Assembly: GCA_044892525.1 (NCBI GenBank)
Contig: CM097886.1
Coordinates: 82,336,001 to 82,400,000, forward strand
DNA from: Schmidtea polychroa
Lineage: Eukaryota
Length of the DNA: 64,000 nucleotides
Reading direction: 5' to 3'
A model generated the notes under the pieces. The model was not told where the DNA came from and did no database searches. It saw only the letters and a list, made by a program, of their open reading frames with translations. The position numbers were made by a program, and so were the translations under genes. Below, one piece after another: positions 48,000-61,299 of the stretch (position 1 is its first letter; every line of letters starts with the position of its first letter).

Positions 48000-50900
48000 C
48001 CAATGTCCGACTACAGGTAGCCCTTTCACCACAAAAGCAATTATTAACATTGTTTCTCTGAGATTTGTCAGCATTTCCAAATACAAAATCGTGAATGATT
48101 TGATTTACATTTCCAGTTTGTGGAAATACAGTTGGCATTGCAATTTCTAAAGGATCACCGAATTTCAGATATTTTACCACTACATCTTCCAATTTGTCAA
48201 AATTTTTCACCGATTCCAAAAATATCGATTTGTATTCATTAAGATACTGACGAAGGACTTTATCTGGATCTTTAGTGCCGTGACAAATTTCCTTTAAATC
48301 CGCTTCAAATTTCGACCTCAGTGTCGGTTGAGCAAGATTAATTCCCACATAGTTATAGGCATCGACTAATCCGATTCCCAGTTTACTAGGCACCGTAAAT
48401 TTTGGTCTTTTATCACAAACATATTCTCTAATTTTGATTTTATAGATATGTTCCGCATGAGTGGCATCGGTGCCGATTCCATATTTATCCATAAGGGAAA
48501 TTAAATCGCCATCAGTTAAAAAAGAAGGCGGCGAAGTTTTTCCTTTTCTAATACCAACGGTTGAGGGTTCAAAAATATCTCCTATTTTATAAGTTGGAAT
48601 ACATTTATCCAGCCAATTCTCATAGGGATACACATCTAGATAATTCCTTTCGAGAACACTTGTTCCTATCAAACTGAATTCTTCTCCTAAACTAATGAAT
48701 ATTGATTGGTGAATTAAGCTACCAATAATTCCAACCCACTGACGACAATTCTACCATCTTGTTGTTTCCAGATATCTCTACCATGATCTTTACTGATACA
48801 ATCAATAAATATTTCTGTTTGACTACTCTGAGCATCTTTCGATAAGCAGGCGAGAAAATGTCTAGTTATTAACTCAAATAATCGATTTGCATCGAATTCA
48901 AGCCCGAGTCCCATTTTCAAGGGAATTATCGGTGGATGGGCGTTGTCGTTTTTATTTCCACAATTTGGTGTAATTCCGTTTATAAGAATCTTTTTGGCAA
49001 AATCTTTAATAGATTAAAATTAACAGATCAAATAATCAATATTTGAATAAAAAACTAGAATCGTACGAGAACAACACCCCTCCCGCCTCCCCCAGACATA
49101 ATAAACCATGAATTTGTTTGAATGGTTTTATTCTTTATAGCTAGTTCGATAATTTATATGAAGTCTACGAAAACTGTTTCCGAATTGAAGGTTTCGAAGA
49201 AACTGCAACTGTAAAGACGTTGTTTTCTCCAGTGAGAGGGATGAGCACATAAAGATTTGAAGCATCAAGAGATCCACAGAAGTATTATTGTTTTGATGAG
49301 ATAGATTTGAGATTTATGCAACAAAATTCGTTTGTGATTTAAAGATTACGGGGGGCAAGGTTTAAAATATTTTTGATGGACTTTAATATTATATATAGAT
49401 TTATTCAAAATTATATATAGATTTATTCAAAATTATATATAGATTTATTCAATATTATATATAGATTTATTCAAAATTATATATAGATTTATTCAAAATT
49501 ATATATAGATTTATTCAATATTATATATAGATTTATTCAAAATTATATATAGATTTATTCAAAATTATATATAGATTTATTCAAAATTATATATAGATTT
49601 ATTCAAAATTATATATAGATTTATTCAAAATTATATATAGATTTATTCAAAATTATATATAGATTTATTCAAAATTATATATAGATTTATTCAATATTAT
49701 ATATAGATTTATTCAAAATTATATATAGATTTATTCAATATTATATATAGATTTATTCAATATTATATATAGATTTATTCAATATTATATATATTGATTT
49801 ATTCAATATTATATATTGATTTATTCAATATTATATATATTGATTTATTCAATATTATATATTGATTTATTCAATATTATATATTGATATATTCAATATT
49901 ATATATTGATTTATTCAATATTATATATTGATTTATTCAATATTATATATTGATTTATTCAATATTATATATTGATTTATTCAATATTATATATTGATTT
50001 ATTCAATATTATATATTGATTTATTCAATATTATATATTGATTTATTCAATATTATATATTGATTTATTCAATATTATATATTGATGTATTCAATATTAT
50101 ATATTGATTTATTCGATATTATATATTGATGTATTCAATATTATATATTGATTTATTCAATATTATATATTGATGTATTCAATATTATATATAGATTTAT
50201 TCAATATTATATATTGATATATTCAATATTATATATAGATTTATTCAATATTATATATAGATTTATTCAATATTATATATTGATATATTCAATATTATAT
50301 ATAGATTTATTCATTATTATATAGATTTATTCATAATTATATATAGATTTATTCAATAACATATATTGATTTATTCAATATTATATATAAATTTATTATT
50401 ATTATATATTGGAATTGATTTGTTTGTAAAATTACTCTGATGCAGCTGGTGATTCACAAATTAGCAATGAAACGCCTGCGAGTCGAGTGTGCTGTAATTT
50501 GCTGTCCTAATTATATGTAGATCAGGGGGTAAAATAAAAAATAAAGCAAATTGGAAATCCCTTTGTATTATTTTTAATGTTATCAATATAATTTTAAATG
50601 AAATAAATAAACTATTTAACGAAATAAACATCGTTGTTACCTCCCCATCGACTATCTGAAGTTTGAGCAGTAACAAAATTATGAAGATTAACTTCTTTGG
50701 AAAAGATATTTGTCTCAGTTCTAGGATAGCTGATAAATCCTTGACTGTAAAGCATTTCAGCTATTTGCATAGTTAATTTAGGAGTCATTCGCAATTTATC
50801 AGATGCCAATTTCTCCATTCGAATTGTATCCAGTGCAAATGGCCGTTTTTTAATTGACTTTCTATTCACTACATTAGTCACACAAGCTAAACTTCCGTTT

Positions 50901-53900
50901 TGCGTAATTTTTGCCAATGATTTTTTAATAGTGTTTTCGTCGAGTGATCTTTCAGTGCTCCAATTATATTCGAAAATCGAGTCATTTGTTTTTTGAGTTA
51001 CTATAATCTTCCAAAATGGTGTGGAAATAAATTCCGTGATCTTTTTGTATCGATCTACGACAAATCCAAGAGTGGGAAATTGACAACTACCGTAAGATAT
51101 GATATTATTCATAAATTTAGAGGGAATCTTTTTTTGTAAACGAAGAGTTTGAAGTCGAGAAAATGCTGCTCCTGTTTTCAAGTCTAATTCCTGTCTAACA
51201 TCAACTGCTTTAGAAACTTTTAAATCCATATTAACAAGATTCTTAATTGCCCGTGTCACAGATCTAAAAATCAATTTAATATAAATTCTGGGGTTAGGAT
51301 TTTCATTACAAATAAGGCTTGTAAACTTCCTGGCAATTTGCAATCCCTTAAATTCGTGAATGTATATATAATAATACCGAGCAAGCAAATTCTTTCAAAT
51401 GGAATATTTACAGCAAAATTATATACAAAACAGTTATATTAAATAAATATAATTCACGAATTGATTGATTGATTTATTTGAAATATAAAATTATACACAA
51501 GTTATTCAATATAATATATAGATTTTTTCAATATAATATATAGATTTATTCAATAATATATATTTATTTATTCAATATATATAATTTATTCAATATCATA
51601 TTTATTTATTCAATATTATATATCGATTTATTCAAAATAACATTTATTTATTCAATATTATATGTAGATTTATTCAATATNNNNNNNNNNNNNNNNNNNN
51701 NNNNNNNNNNNNNNNNNNNNNNNNNNNNNNNNNNNNNNNNNNNNNNNNNNNNNNNNNNNNNNNNNNNNNNNNNNNNNNNNNNNNNNNNNNNNNNNNNNNN
51801 NNNNNNNNNNGATTTATTCAATATTACATATAGATTTATTCAATATTATATTTAGATTTATTCAATATTATATATAGATTTATTTAATATTATAAACCAT
51901 AAATTTGGGACTGAAGGAGTACCAAGATAAAAAAAACAATGTTTAGGATTGGAAAAATAAATGTTGCAAAAAAACTGTTGAAACAGGGAAAATGGATTTA
52001 TCACTTGTTGCAATACTTTTATACTCTTCTAAGCTTTCTATCGTAAGAGTAAATGATTGTTATCTCTGAACACAACTTGATAAGAGAGATTGTAAATGTG
52101 CAAAATACCTTATATGAATTTTTAATGATTTTTCACTGATTACCATTTTTTACTTTCGCCAATCACATGTAATATCCACATACACTTTTGAAATAAGTAT
52201 GCCGGAAAGATGCCTTTGCAATACCAGCTAACGAATGAGCAAAGAAAGATTATCGTTGGACGCCTCCAAAGTGGTATGTTATTATCGACATTATATAAAC
52301 AATTAAATGTCGATCACTAAATGATAATTCGCATATGTGCAAGAGTAGTTGTAAGAGCAAGGTAACTAGCAGGTAACTCAGCGCGATCATTCAGTAATTC
52401 CTCATCAAGGTTTTAACGTATTTTACAGCGACAAAAACAGCGATAAATTGGTCAATGAACAGCAATAAGCCTACTAGCATTATATTGAGCATCATTAAGA
52501 CACGTAACCGATGATATCATGAAATTTATCGATATTCAAAGTCAAAACAGAGGCTGAAATTGAATACAAAATGTATAAAAGACAATGGAGGAAAATATTT
52601 AGAAATAAATCATGATTGAGAGCGATTAAAAAGAGAACCCAATCAAATAGGAGGAAATGACAAGGACAAAGTAAAGTAAGCAATTGATATAATTGTACAT
52701 GGATATTGAATGTAAGCATCTCAGTTTATCCCATAGCGGCATTCCGCATGAAGTGTTGAAATAATCATTGAAAACTGGATTATAATTGAACTGATCAATA
52801 AAAACCCATTTGTTTAAAATTCGTAGCTGTTGCCTGGCAACGTATATAAGGAATAAAATATATAATTTGCAATTGATTATTTTACTGTCTATTACTATAC
52901 GGATCAAAATTACGTATCCGACAAGTCATCATGTCCGTGAATACACGGTAGGCATGGTAACACTCTCGAGGACTCTATTATTTAATACCAAACGAATAAA
53001 GCGCTCCAGAAAACCTGCCAATCGATGATTAGCAGCTAGGTCTCCCTATATGAGTAAGCGGAGGAGTATCTTGTAAAGTGAGAACGCATTGATTCTTTCA
53101 ACTCGATTTTGGTCACTTATATTATTGATATGATTTAACACGAATTTTCTCTACTGCAATTTTTAGGTGTTTGCATTAAAATGTATAAATAAGGAATTTA
53201 TTTTTCTTTTAATTTAATAGTTTTAAATGTTTTTATAAAGCAAAAAACAAACTCGGTAGTAATTTCTGAAAATCGAGCTCTTTTAACTTCTATTTTTGAA
53301 TTAACTAATTCAATCATAATTAAAACTCAAAGCAAAACCAATAAGACTTACTAGCTAAACAAACATCTACAATTTCCATTCCGATATTTTCACCTTCTCT
53401 ATCACAATCAGTCCAAATAATTAACCGTTGACACCGAGTTGCAATTTCTTCTAAACTCTCCTATCAGACATGATTGATGCTAGGTGTAATTATAAATACT
53501 AACCTTAACCATTTTCATACTATCTAGACAAACTTTATCCGTTTGGCAATTGAATAAAGTCACTGGATCTACATTTTGCCTTAAATATTATTAACTTTGG
53601 ATAAAATCTAAACGACTTTACCAGTTACTCAAATGCTGGGGAATTACTAAATTCATTAAATGGCCACTTACAGATGTCATAATCATATCATTTACTGTAC
53701 CATTTAATTCGTACTTGAAATTATATAACTTATTATATTTCGAAAAGCCTTCAGTCTATATGAAATGAAAAGTTAACATTAAAGAATAATAGTCTAAATC
53801 GATTTTCATAAAAACAAGTTATATTTATTTTAGAACTTTTCTTCTTAAAAGATAAATATAGATATATGGGTTAGAAAATTACATAGTATCTTCCGGGTAT

Positions 53901-54242
53901 AATTAATTCGGATGTAATAAACGCAATTGTAAATTGTAAAATGTGACAATAATATTGTGCATTCTATCTTAAGGAATTTGGTAATTATAAAAGCTTTTAA
54001 TAAAAAAACTCTGGCTAAAGGCACTATATTTTATTATATCCGGATGTAACTGTTCTATTAAAATATATATATATATATTAAATTAAGATGATTAAATGTA
54101 AATATAGTATTACCGTAATAACTTTATTATTTGAAAGTAACTTAGAAATCATTTTTGCTGCGTCATTCTTTTCAGCTACATTTAAAATTAAAGTAGAAAA
54201 GTTTTTCCGAATATTTTTTAGAACAATTATTTTTAATATCAT
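48000..54242 (-). CDS. TOP3A: DNA topoisomerase III alpha; exons 54242-54114, 53755-53622, 53579-53504, 53460-53352, 53304-53253, 51263-50641, 49003-48794, 48686-48000
   Basis: GT-AG, phase-compatible exons give LNVAEKNDAAK, MTSVSGHL, IIWTDCDREGENIG, RARFSEIT, AVDVRQELDL, catalytic GFISYPRTET, AHPPI, GIGTDATHAEHI and the start of a GRF finger (CFCGERA). The exact donors of exons 7 and 8 are less certain. Confidence 0.93.
49390..50400. repeat. 22/20-bp AT-rich satellite in TOP3A intron 6
   Basis: GATTTATTCAAAATTATATATA (22 bp) subarray followed by GATTTATTCAATATTATATT (20 bp) subarray. Confidence 0.95.
51470..51890. repeat. Same GATTTATTCAATATT satellite family in TOP3A intron 5 (spans an N-gap)
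   Basis: More degenerate copies of the same unit on both sides of gap 51681-51810. Confidence 0.85.
52000..53050 (-). pseudogene. Decayed LINE reverse-transcriptase fragment
   Basis: FNTSCGMPLWDKLRCLHSISM resembles F..xsGVPQG..LSP.LF; many stops. Confidence 0.35.
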
Positions 54243-54699
54243 TATTAATATTAGTAATCAATACAATATAATCAAAAATAAAAGCAAAATTTTCATCAAT
54301 GGATAAATTTTAAATTATTAGAAAATTTAAACAATGAAATAAAAAATTTATTAATACTAGAATTTTTAAATTTTGTTTTACCATTGATAAAATTGTTAAT
54401 AAAATTGATAATAAAATCGTTTTGTTAAAAAACAAAAAACCAATGAATTAATAATAATAATAGTTTTTTTATTTTTGATATTGATTCATTATTATCTAAC
54501 AAGCAAACATTTAGTTAAGTTGTGGAGAACTTGTGAAATGTAGTTTTTATGCAGCATTTTAAAAGTAACTACAAAAAGAGAAAATAGCACATTGAATTTT
54601 ACAAACAATATTTTATAAGTTTTCATATTTCACAAATGCATTTCGAATAAAAAATGGTTAATATTGAGAAGAGAATTAAAGTTATAGGTATGATCATAT

Positions 54700-55830
54700 G
54701 GCCGTGGTGATGTCAACCTTCTGTAAGTCACCGTATGATTATTTCAAGACAACTAAGTACCAATGGTCGTAACCATATTGAAACTGTACAAAGTCGTCGA
54801 AATCTACAGAGCTAGTGAGCCTCTGTCTTAAGATTACTCCATAGACTTTCTCGACGGGTTCGTGATTGCCGATAGGAGGTCTTAGGTCGATGTTTATCAT
54901 TCTAAAAGTAAGGTCCTTTATCTTTCAATAAAATCATTTTCCAGACTAATAACTTAAAGTTGGATAAGATAAACGAAAAATTATATTTGTCAACAAGCCA
55001 GACTACACAAGCAATAAAACAAAATATTCAAATTATCAGAAGGAGAATTATTCCCATATAGTCTCTTCCTCACCATCCGCTAATGATTGGTCCAGATTGA
55101 ACTCATCGTCCATGTCCAAAGACCAGAGGAAATCCGCGCAGGTCTGTAGATCGACGTCAAGAAGATGGATATTTGCAATCAAGTTGCTTAGGGCAGCAGT
55201 TTCTTTGGTCCATTTCCGTTTATTCCTCTTTGAGCTCGAGGTCTATTTGCGCTTTGGTCGCTGGAGAGTTCGATACCAACATTAAGACTCCGCACAGACT
55301 GAGCAACTAGCAGTAATTGTGCCCTCCGCCAGATGATGGAAGGGGAAAAGATTTGATTTTTCGGCCGATAGTAGCCCTTTGATTCGAGCTTCGCGGTGGT
55401 TCTTGGTATACATTTGTTGAGGATATCTTAATAATATATACAGGGCCTGAGACTATCTCCAAGTCAAGGAATGTTGGAGTCAGCTCTTTTCAATAGGGTT
55501 GTCCCGACAATGTTCCAGTAGGAAAACCTAACGTTCCTTCATCTGGCTTAAGGAAACCCATGTCCTCTCAAGCCTAGCTATTTTCATCTTCAATAATCGA
55601 ATTTCCTCCTGTTGGGTCCGGATAATTGAATTCTTTTCCAAACACAAGAAACAGGACTTTAGAGGAAGGTTTGGTTCGGTTATCTGATATAACTGTATAA
55701 AAAGGAAAATGATCAATTATGGCGAAAGTGGACAGGCAAGATTGTCGGCCGACCGAAAATATAGAAGTGAAAGTAATTGTTAGGAAGTAACCAAACCGGT
55801 GATGCGGGCGAAGATATTCCACATTATCGA
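54700..55830 (-). pseudogene. Decayed R2-like non-LTR retrotransposon 5' part
   Basis: CSVC zinc-finger remnant, Myb-like KRKWTKE, DLRPPI and ILRQRL...QFQYG (RT domain 0-2-like); many stops. Confidence 0.45.
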
Positions 55831-56319
55831 GATTATAATTATAATCTTATTCTCTGTGAAAAATCATAACAATATTGCTAAATAAATTAATATTATTTGT
55901 AATATCAACAGGGAGTTACCTTACTATTGGAAGAAATTATGATGTTAATCCTAACCCTTATAAAACTACTGAAGATGAGAATGTTAATAACGATTCCTTT
56001 ACTAATAATGCTATTTATAATAAAGATATTTGCAATGCCTCATGCATTCCCCTATTCCGTCAAAATCACTAGGTCATTACTTGCAACAATATCAAAAGGA
56101 TGAAAATCTTGCTGATCAATTTTTTTATCGTGATGTTGTGGGGACCTTCACAAAGTATCGTTAGTAGGTTTATGAAAAACGGGAGAAGTAGTTATTAACC
56201 CAATGGATCCAATAATACAAACGATACCACTACTTGACTATGGTGCGAATACTAAGTGAAATTCTATGGACAATAATAAATTTGACCACAGTAGAAAATA
56301 TAGTAACGTTTTTAATAAA

Positions 56320-56515
56320 TGATAATTTTGATATTAATAATAAATATCATAATAATAATAATTTATGATAACGATTACGATAATTATACTTCATCACAAC
56401 ACACACAACAAAAATATGATAATTTTGATATTAATAATAAATATCATAATAATAATAATTTATGATAACGATTACGATAATTATACTTCATCACAACACA
56501 CACAACAGAAAAATA
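56320..56515. repeat. 97-bp tandem duplication
   Basis: GATAATTTTGATATTAAT...CACAACACACACAAC repeated at 56321 and 56418. Confidence 0.9.
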
Positions 56516-56982
56516 TTAACAATGCATTAAAAATCCTAATTATAAATAAAAAATTAACATCACACTGCAATAATCATAACAATGATAATAAGAAAACAGT
56601 AATAGCATAATGTGGATCGTAGAAGTAGAAAGATTAATAAGTCCATTGATCATAATGGAATCATATTAGAGAATAGTAAGGAAGTGTAATTTTGTAAGTT
56701 TTAGAATGTATTTGGGAAAAATGTTATCGGAACCATAGGTCAATGAAACTAAAAGATGAGAGCGCAATGGGATACAATAATAATAAGAACAATGAAAATG
56801 GTGATAATAATCGTAACAATATTGAAAACATTAATGATAATAACGACAATATTATTAATAATAATAATATTAATAATAAGGGTAAAAATAATAATAACAC
56901 AATAATTATAATAATAATTATTATTTCCACTAAAAATTTATTTTTCATTCCAACATTTCGAAATGACTTTTAATGTGGTTAG

Positions 56983-57740
56983 CAGGACCGTAGAAAGCCT
57001 GGCCGAGCCCCGGTAAAATGATTAACGCGGGCCCTTTATCGATTAATTTAATATTTTTTTTAATCTAAATTATTATGTGTTTTGTCACCAGGATTGTTAA
57101 GAACAATTTTAAGGCAATCACAATGTTTGAAATAATAATTCCAATTTCAAATTTCTCATTTCATTCATCAAATTAAGAGGCGGATTATCAGTAAAATTTG
57201 CATGGAAGAATGCTTCTAACTGATGAAATTCATCAGCGAGATCAGTACTTAAATCATCTGGATATTTTTTCTGTAATTCTGTTGCTTTTGAAGTTATTTT
57301 ATCTTTGACCATATGCTTAAAATTACACAAAACTTCAAATGTTTCACAAATTTCCTTCGTATACTGAAATCTCTTTTCTATTGAATCCATGATTGTATTC
57401 ATAATTTTATTGAACACCTTTGTTTTGAATTTTGTTTCTGCTGATGATTTGTTCTCGATTTTATCAAAATATTTTGGATTTGAGCTTGTTATTCGTTTGT
57501 CTTCAATTTTTGGCTCTATGTTCAAAGTGGCGGCATATGTCTTGCTTCTTCAAGAATTTCTTCCCAATTATCCTGAATTTTGTGAAGAGTTTCTAACTGA
57601 CTTTTCGAATTTGCAGCTTCAACTGTATCTGTAGTTTCTCTTCCCTGGATTATACTTTGCACATAATTAATTTGCGTTAGCCCTTTCAACTGGTGGATGC
57701 CAAGCAAGAGACTCTGACACTTTGTCATGATCATTTATAA
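56983..57740 (-). mobile_element. hAT (ZMYM1-like) transposase 3' fragment with terminus
   Basis: FEVL, LQKKYPDDL..L.DEF..L, LTILVT; terminal CAGGACCGTAGAAAG at 56983. Confidence 0.65.
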
Positions 57741-58399
57741 CTTATCTTGTTTTTTAGTGTATTTATTAAATTTTTTGGTCTTAATTTATTTAGTTGATGG
57801 TAACCCAGATTTTTACAATTACTGATGATTGTTATTGTCCTTATTCTTGTGCGCGATTCTGGGGTTTGGATCAGCGATAAAGTAGGCAACAAACGACAAT
57901 TATCTCTTAAGGACCAAAAGTGAGACCGCTACAATAATTTATTTAACGTAAGACCTTCTACGACAGTTTGGAATCCACGTTATGGGTGCAAGGACGAGTA
58001 GTCTTAGTGATGGTGCCCACTTGTTCTTGGACTTACACAGCCTAGGCACATTTCCAACATGGCGGAAGTAGCTAAATCAGTAGCGAGTATGGAGTGGGGT
58101 TATCTAGACATTTGCCTTACCACTCCTTACTCATCTCGAATTTTTCTTATCTTATCTTTAGACGTGGCAATAAATTAGTATTAAATAGCATTTGGTTGAC
58201 TCCACCGAACTGATTACATACATACATTCAACTATTATTGAATAGATCATGTTTGGTTAAACTGCAATAAATTTTAGTTATTATCTTATGTTTTATTCGG
58301 TGTGACTATTACGGCCTTAAACTATTATTCAAACGTTTTATTTTATATACTTCTGTGGATTCTAACCAGTAACCAACATGAATTCCGCGATCGTAATGA

Positions 58400-58800
58400 T
58401 CTTTCAGAGACAAACATTTTAATATTAACATCAACGGAGTAAGATCCTATTTTGATTTAGTGGAGAAAATCACTGTGAATTTTCTTAGCGGACACCTTCC
58501 GGTTTCTCAGGAAAGACTTCCACCAGAATAGCCGAATTAAACTTAGAAATCGCTAGCTCAAAACGAAGCAGATACGGAATGTGAATCTTTCAGTAGTAAG
58601 CAGTTTGGGATCATACGAGATCCGAATGCTCAAGCTATGGATGAAGTGTCTCCAGATTAATAACCACGACAATATTTGCTAAGGGATAGTATCATGATAA
58701 ACTTCTGTCCAACCGGAAACCGTTAAAACGATAATAATGCGGACAAAGTCATTCCTAAAACCGATAAGTGTGTTCACATTTTTCTAGTAACCACCCAGTT
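58400..58800 (+). pseudogene. Possible APE-endonuclease LINE remnant
   Basis: NINGVRS and SQERL resemble APE motifs I and II; otherwise highly degraded. Confidence 0.25.
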
Positions 58801-59929
58801 GGAACATTACCAATCCCAAGGCGACTGATACCAAATGGTTTGAATAACTTAAATCTGTAACCCACCACAATAATTATTGATTGTCTTTTTTTACCTTTCA
58901 ACTTACATTTATGTTTAATTTATAAATTAATTGTTATGTAAAACTTCGTTTAATGTTAATTTTTTTTACCATAATCATCTCTAAATTATAAACATAGCCT
59001 TATTCAAAACTTATCAATTTAATACAAAAAGTTCTGGTTGCACATTCCGATATAAAATTAAAAACAAAATCTAATTCAAACATTATTTCTTCAAAGGACA
59101 TTTTTTTGAAGTGTGGCCCGGCTGTTTACATAAAGTGCAGCATCTAAAGGATTTCGATTTACCTTTACTAACTAAAATAAATATATTAATTATTAGATAA
59201 AAGAAGTTAAAAAAATTCCAATAAAAAATTGTCGGAAAAACTAATAATTTCTGTAAAATATTTAAACTTGTTTAACTGGATGAATTTTCCCCCTATGCCG
59301 GAAAACCGTTTTTTAAATGAAAGTCGTTTATAAATAATCAATAAAATTCTATTATATTATTATTTGTAAAACTGTCCACCGAAACATTCAATCGAGTCCT
59401 CGAGAAATTTTGAAAATCAATTAAAATATATATCTGAGTGTATAAGTCAACCAAGAAAATACCAAAATCTTTATAAATTAGTATGTTGACTTATAAAAGC
59501 CCTGCTGCATTAAAAACGAAATTTTCAATTTAGTATTAATTAAATAAACATGATAATGATTTAATTATAAGAAAATGTCACTCAAACGTTCTTCTAATGA
59601 TATATTTCGACAGTTTTACGGTCATCATCAAGCATGATGGGGGAAAAACTATAGATATTATAAATTCAATAAACCAATTTTAATAATTTTCTTTAATTTA
59701 ATTTAAATAATCAATTATTTTTCAATTTTTAATAAATATATACGCTTAATTCTCTTTTGATGCAATAGATACGTTCCATTTACTAAAAAAATTTCATTAA
59801 AAAGTAAGAACTATCCTGAAGTCATGGAAAATTGCTGAAAATATTGGACAATCTATATATATTTTTTCTCTTATTTTATTGAAATTATTAACATGCAAAT
59901 AACATAAACAAAACTTAATATTTCATTGA

Positions 59930-60560
59930 AAGTTTATCTAGTTTGGTGTTAGAAAAAAAATCACCAAATCAGATCTGCATAGTAATTTTTCACCTTTTTT
60001 CTTATATAAAATAGTCAGTAATTAAACACTGTATAATTCTTTGTAGAGTTCTCAGTAGCCTGGCATACAAAATCTCGGATCACGTTCGAATCTGACGGCG
60101 CATTTGAAATCATTATCATCCCAATTTACTGGAAAGTTCAAGACCTTCCCGAATTAAATTTGTGTTAAGTGAGACTGGTTCTTTTTCTGGTTCACTGTAT
60201 TCTACAGGACCTTCGATAGCACCTAATACCACACTTTCCAAAATGTCATTATCACTCAAGGATTCGTCCACAAACAATTCTTGAACATCGTTTTCGCACG
60301 GCCTTTCAAAAGCTTCACCACCAATTTCGAATGATATGGTTGTTATTATAGCGAGTTTATTCATTACAACGCTTAAAATCAATATAAACTTATTAATTAT
60401 TTTTAACATTATACACGTGTCCATTCATTGCAAACGGGTGTATTAGAAAATTTCTTTTTAGTTGCACCACATTACTTCGAAATCGCATAAAAAGAGAATT
60501 AAGTGTATTTGTTTGTCTGTCCGGTCAGCAATTTACCATTTAATTAATAATTTATTATAT
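59930..60560 (-). pseudogene. Tigger transposase C-terminal fragment related to 5585-7279
   Basis: IGGEAFE..ENDVQEL..DESLSDNDI..LIREGLELSSKLG aligns with LGGEGFD..DDIAEL..DKELSEDDL..VIREGLALGRNLG. Confidence 0.75.
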
Positions 60561-60995
60561 GCTACTTACAGTTGAAAGTAATATAATTTACTCGAAAGTC
60601 TTCAATGCAGAATTCAAACAAGGAAAATTTGAATTTTATTTGATTACTTAACCAGCTTGCAATTAGAAAAATATTGCCAGTTATTTTTAGATTTGAATTT
60701 AAGTGCGTGTTCAATTTTATATATAATGAAATTTATTTTGAAAACTTTTATTGTGAATTAAACATGGAATTGAGAAGCTGTTATAAAATTAATGCTGGAA
60801 CGTGATAACATCATTAAACAAATAATTAATGTATATGAATTATTATAAGATTCAATAAATTAATTAATAGATAATAATAATAAACAACAATCAATATTTG
60901 GCACATCCAATTTAAAATAAAAGAAAATTATTGAATATTTCAGCTGATCCTAAAATCAATTTTTATCAGAAACAATAAGTGACTTAGGAAATTAA

Positions 60996-61224
60996 TTAAT
61001 CATAAAAATTACTATGTGCTGGCGGTGGCCAAACGACAGAGGCTGAATTAATAATATTTTTAGAATCTCCAAATTTCTGAGGAGATGGAAAAGGACGCTT
61101 TTTATTTAATTTCATAGATGTATTTCCAAGAGATTTTGGTTCATCCGACCACTGGAAAAAGCCACATTGGGAACAAGAATAAAATTGCCGGCCTTTATTT
61201 TGCGTTTCCTTTTTAACTGTCAAT
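60996..61224 (-). CDS. Orphan exon encoding the C-terminal half of a TOP3A-like GRF zinc finger
   Basis: TTTTAG acceptor then a|LTVKKETQNKGRQFYSCSQCGFFQWSDE; upstream of TOP3A exon 1 on the same strand. Confidence 0.7.
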
Positions 61225-61299
61225 CTAAAATAATTGTAAATTTAAATCATCCAGGCTGGAAGGTAAATTTTCAGTTAAAACGTTAGTCAAATATATATA

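Noticed and set aside
49390-50400. Regular short repeats resembling a CRISPR array
   Set aside because: The units are contiguous with no unique spacers, there are no cas genes, and the array lies in a eukaryotic intron; it is a satellite.
51264-51388. N-terminal extension of ORF 50612-51388 as TOP3A coding sequence
   Set aside because: The true upstream exons are at 53253-54242 and splice in phase to the acceptor at 51263; the extension is intron.
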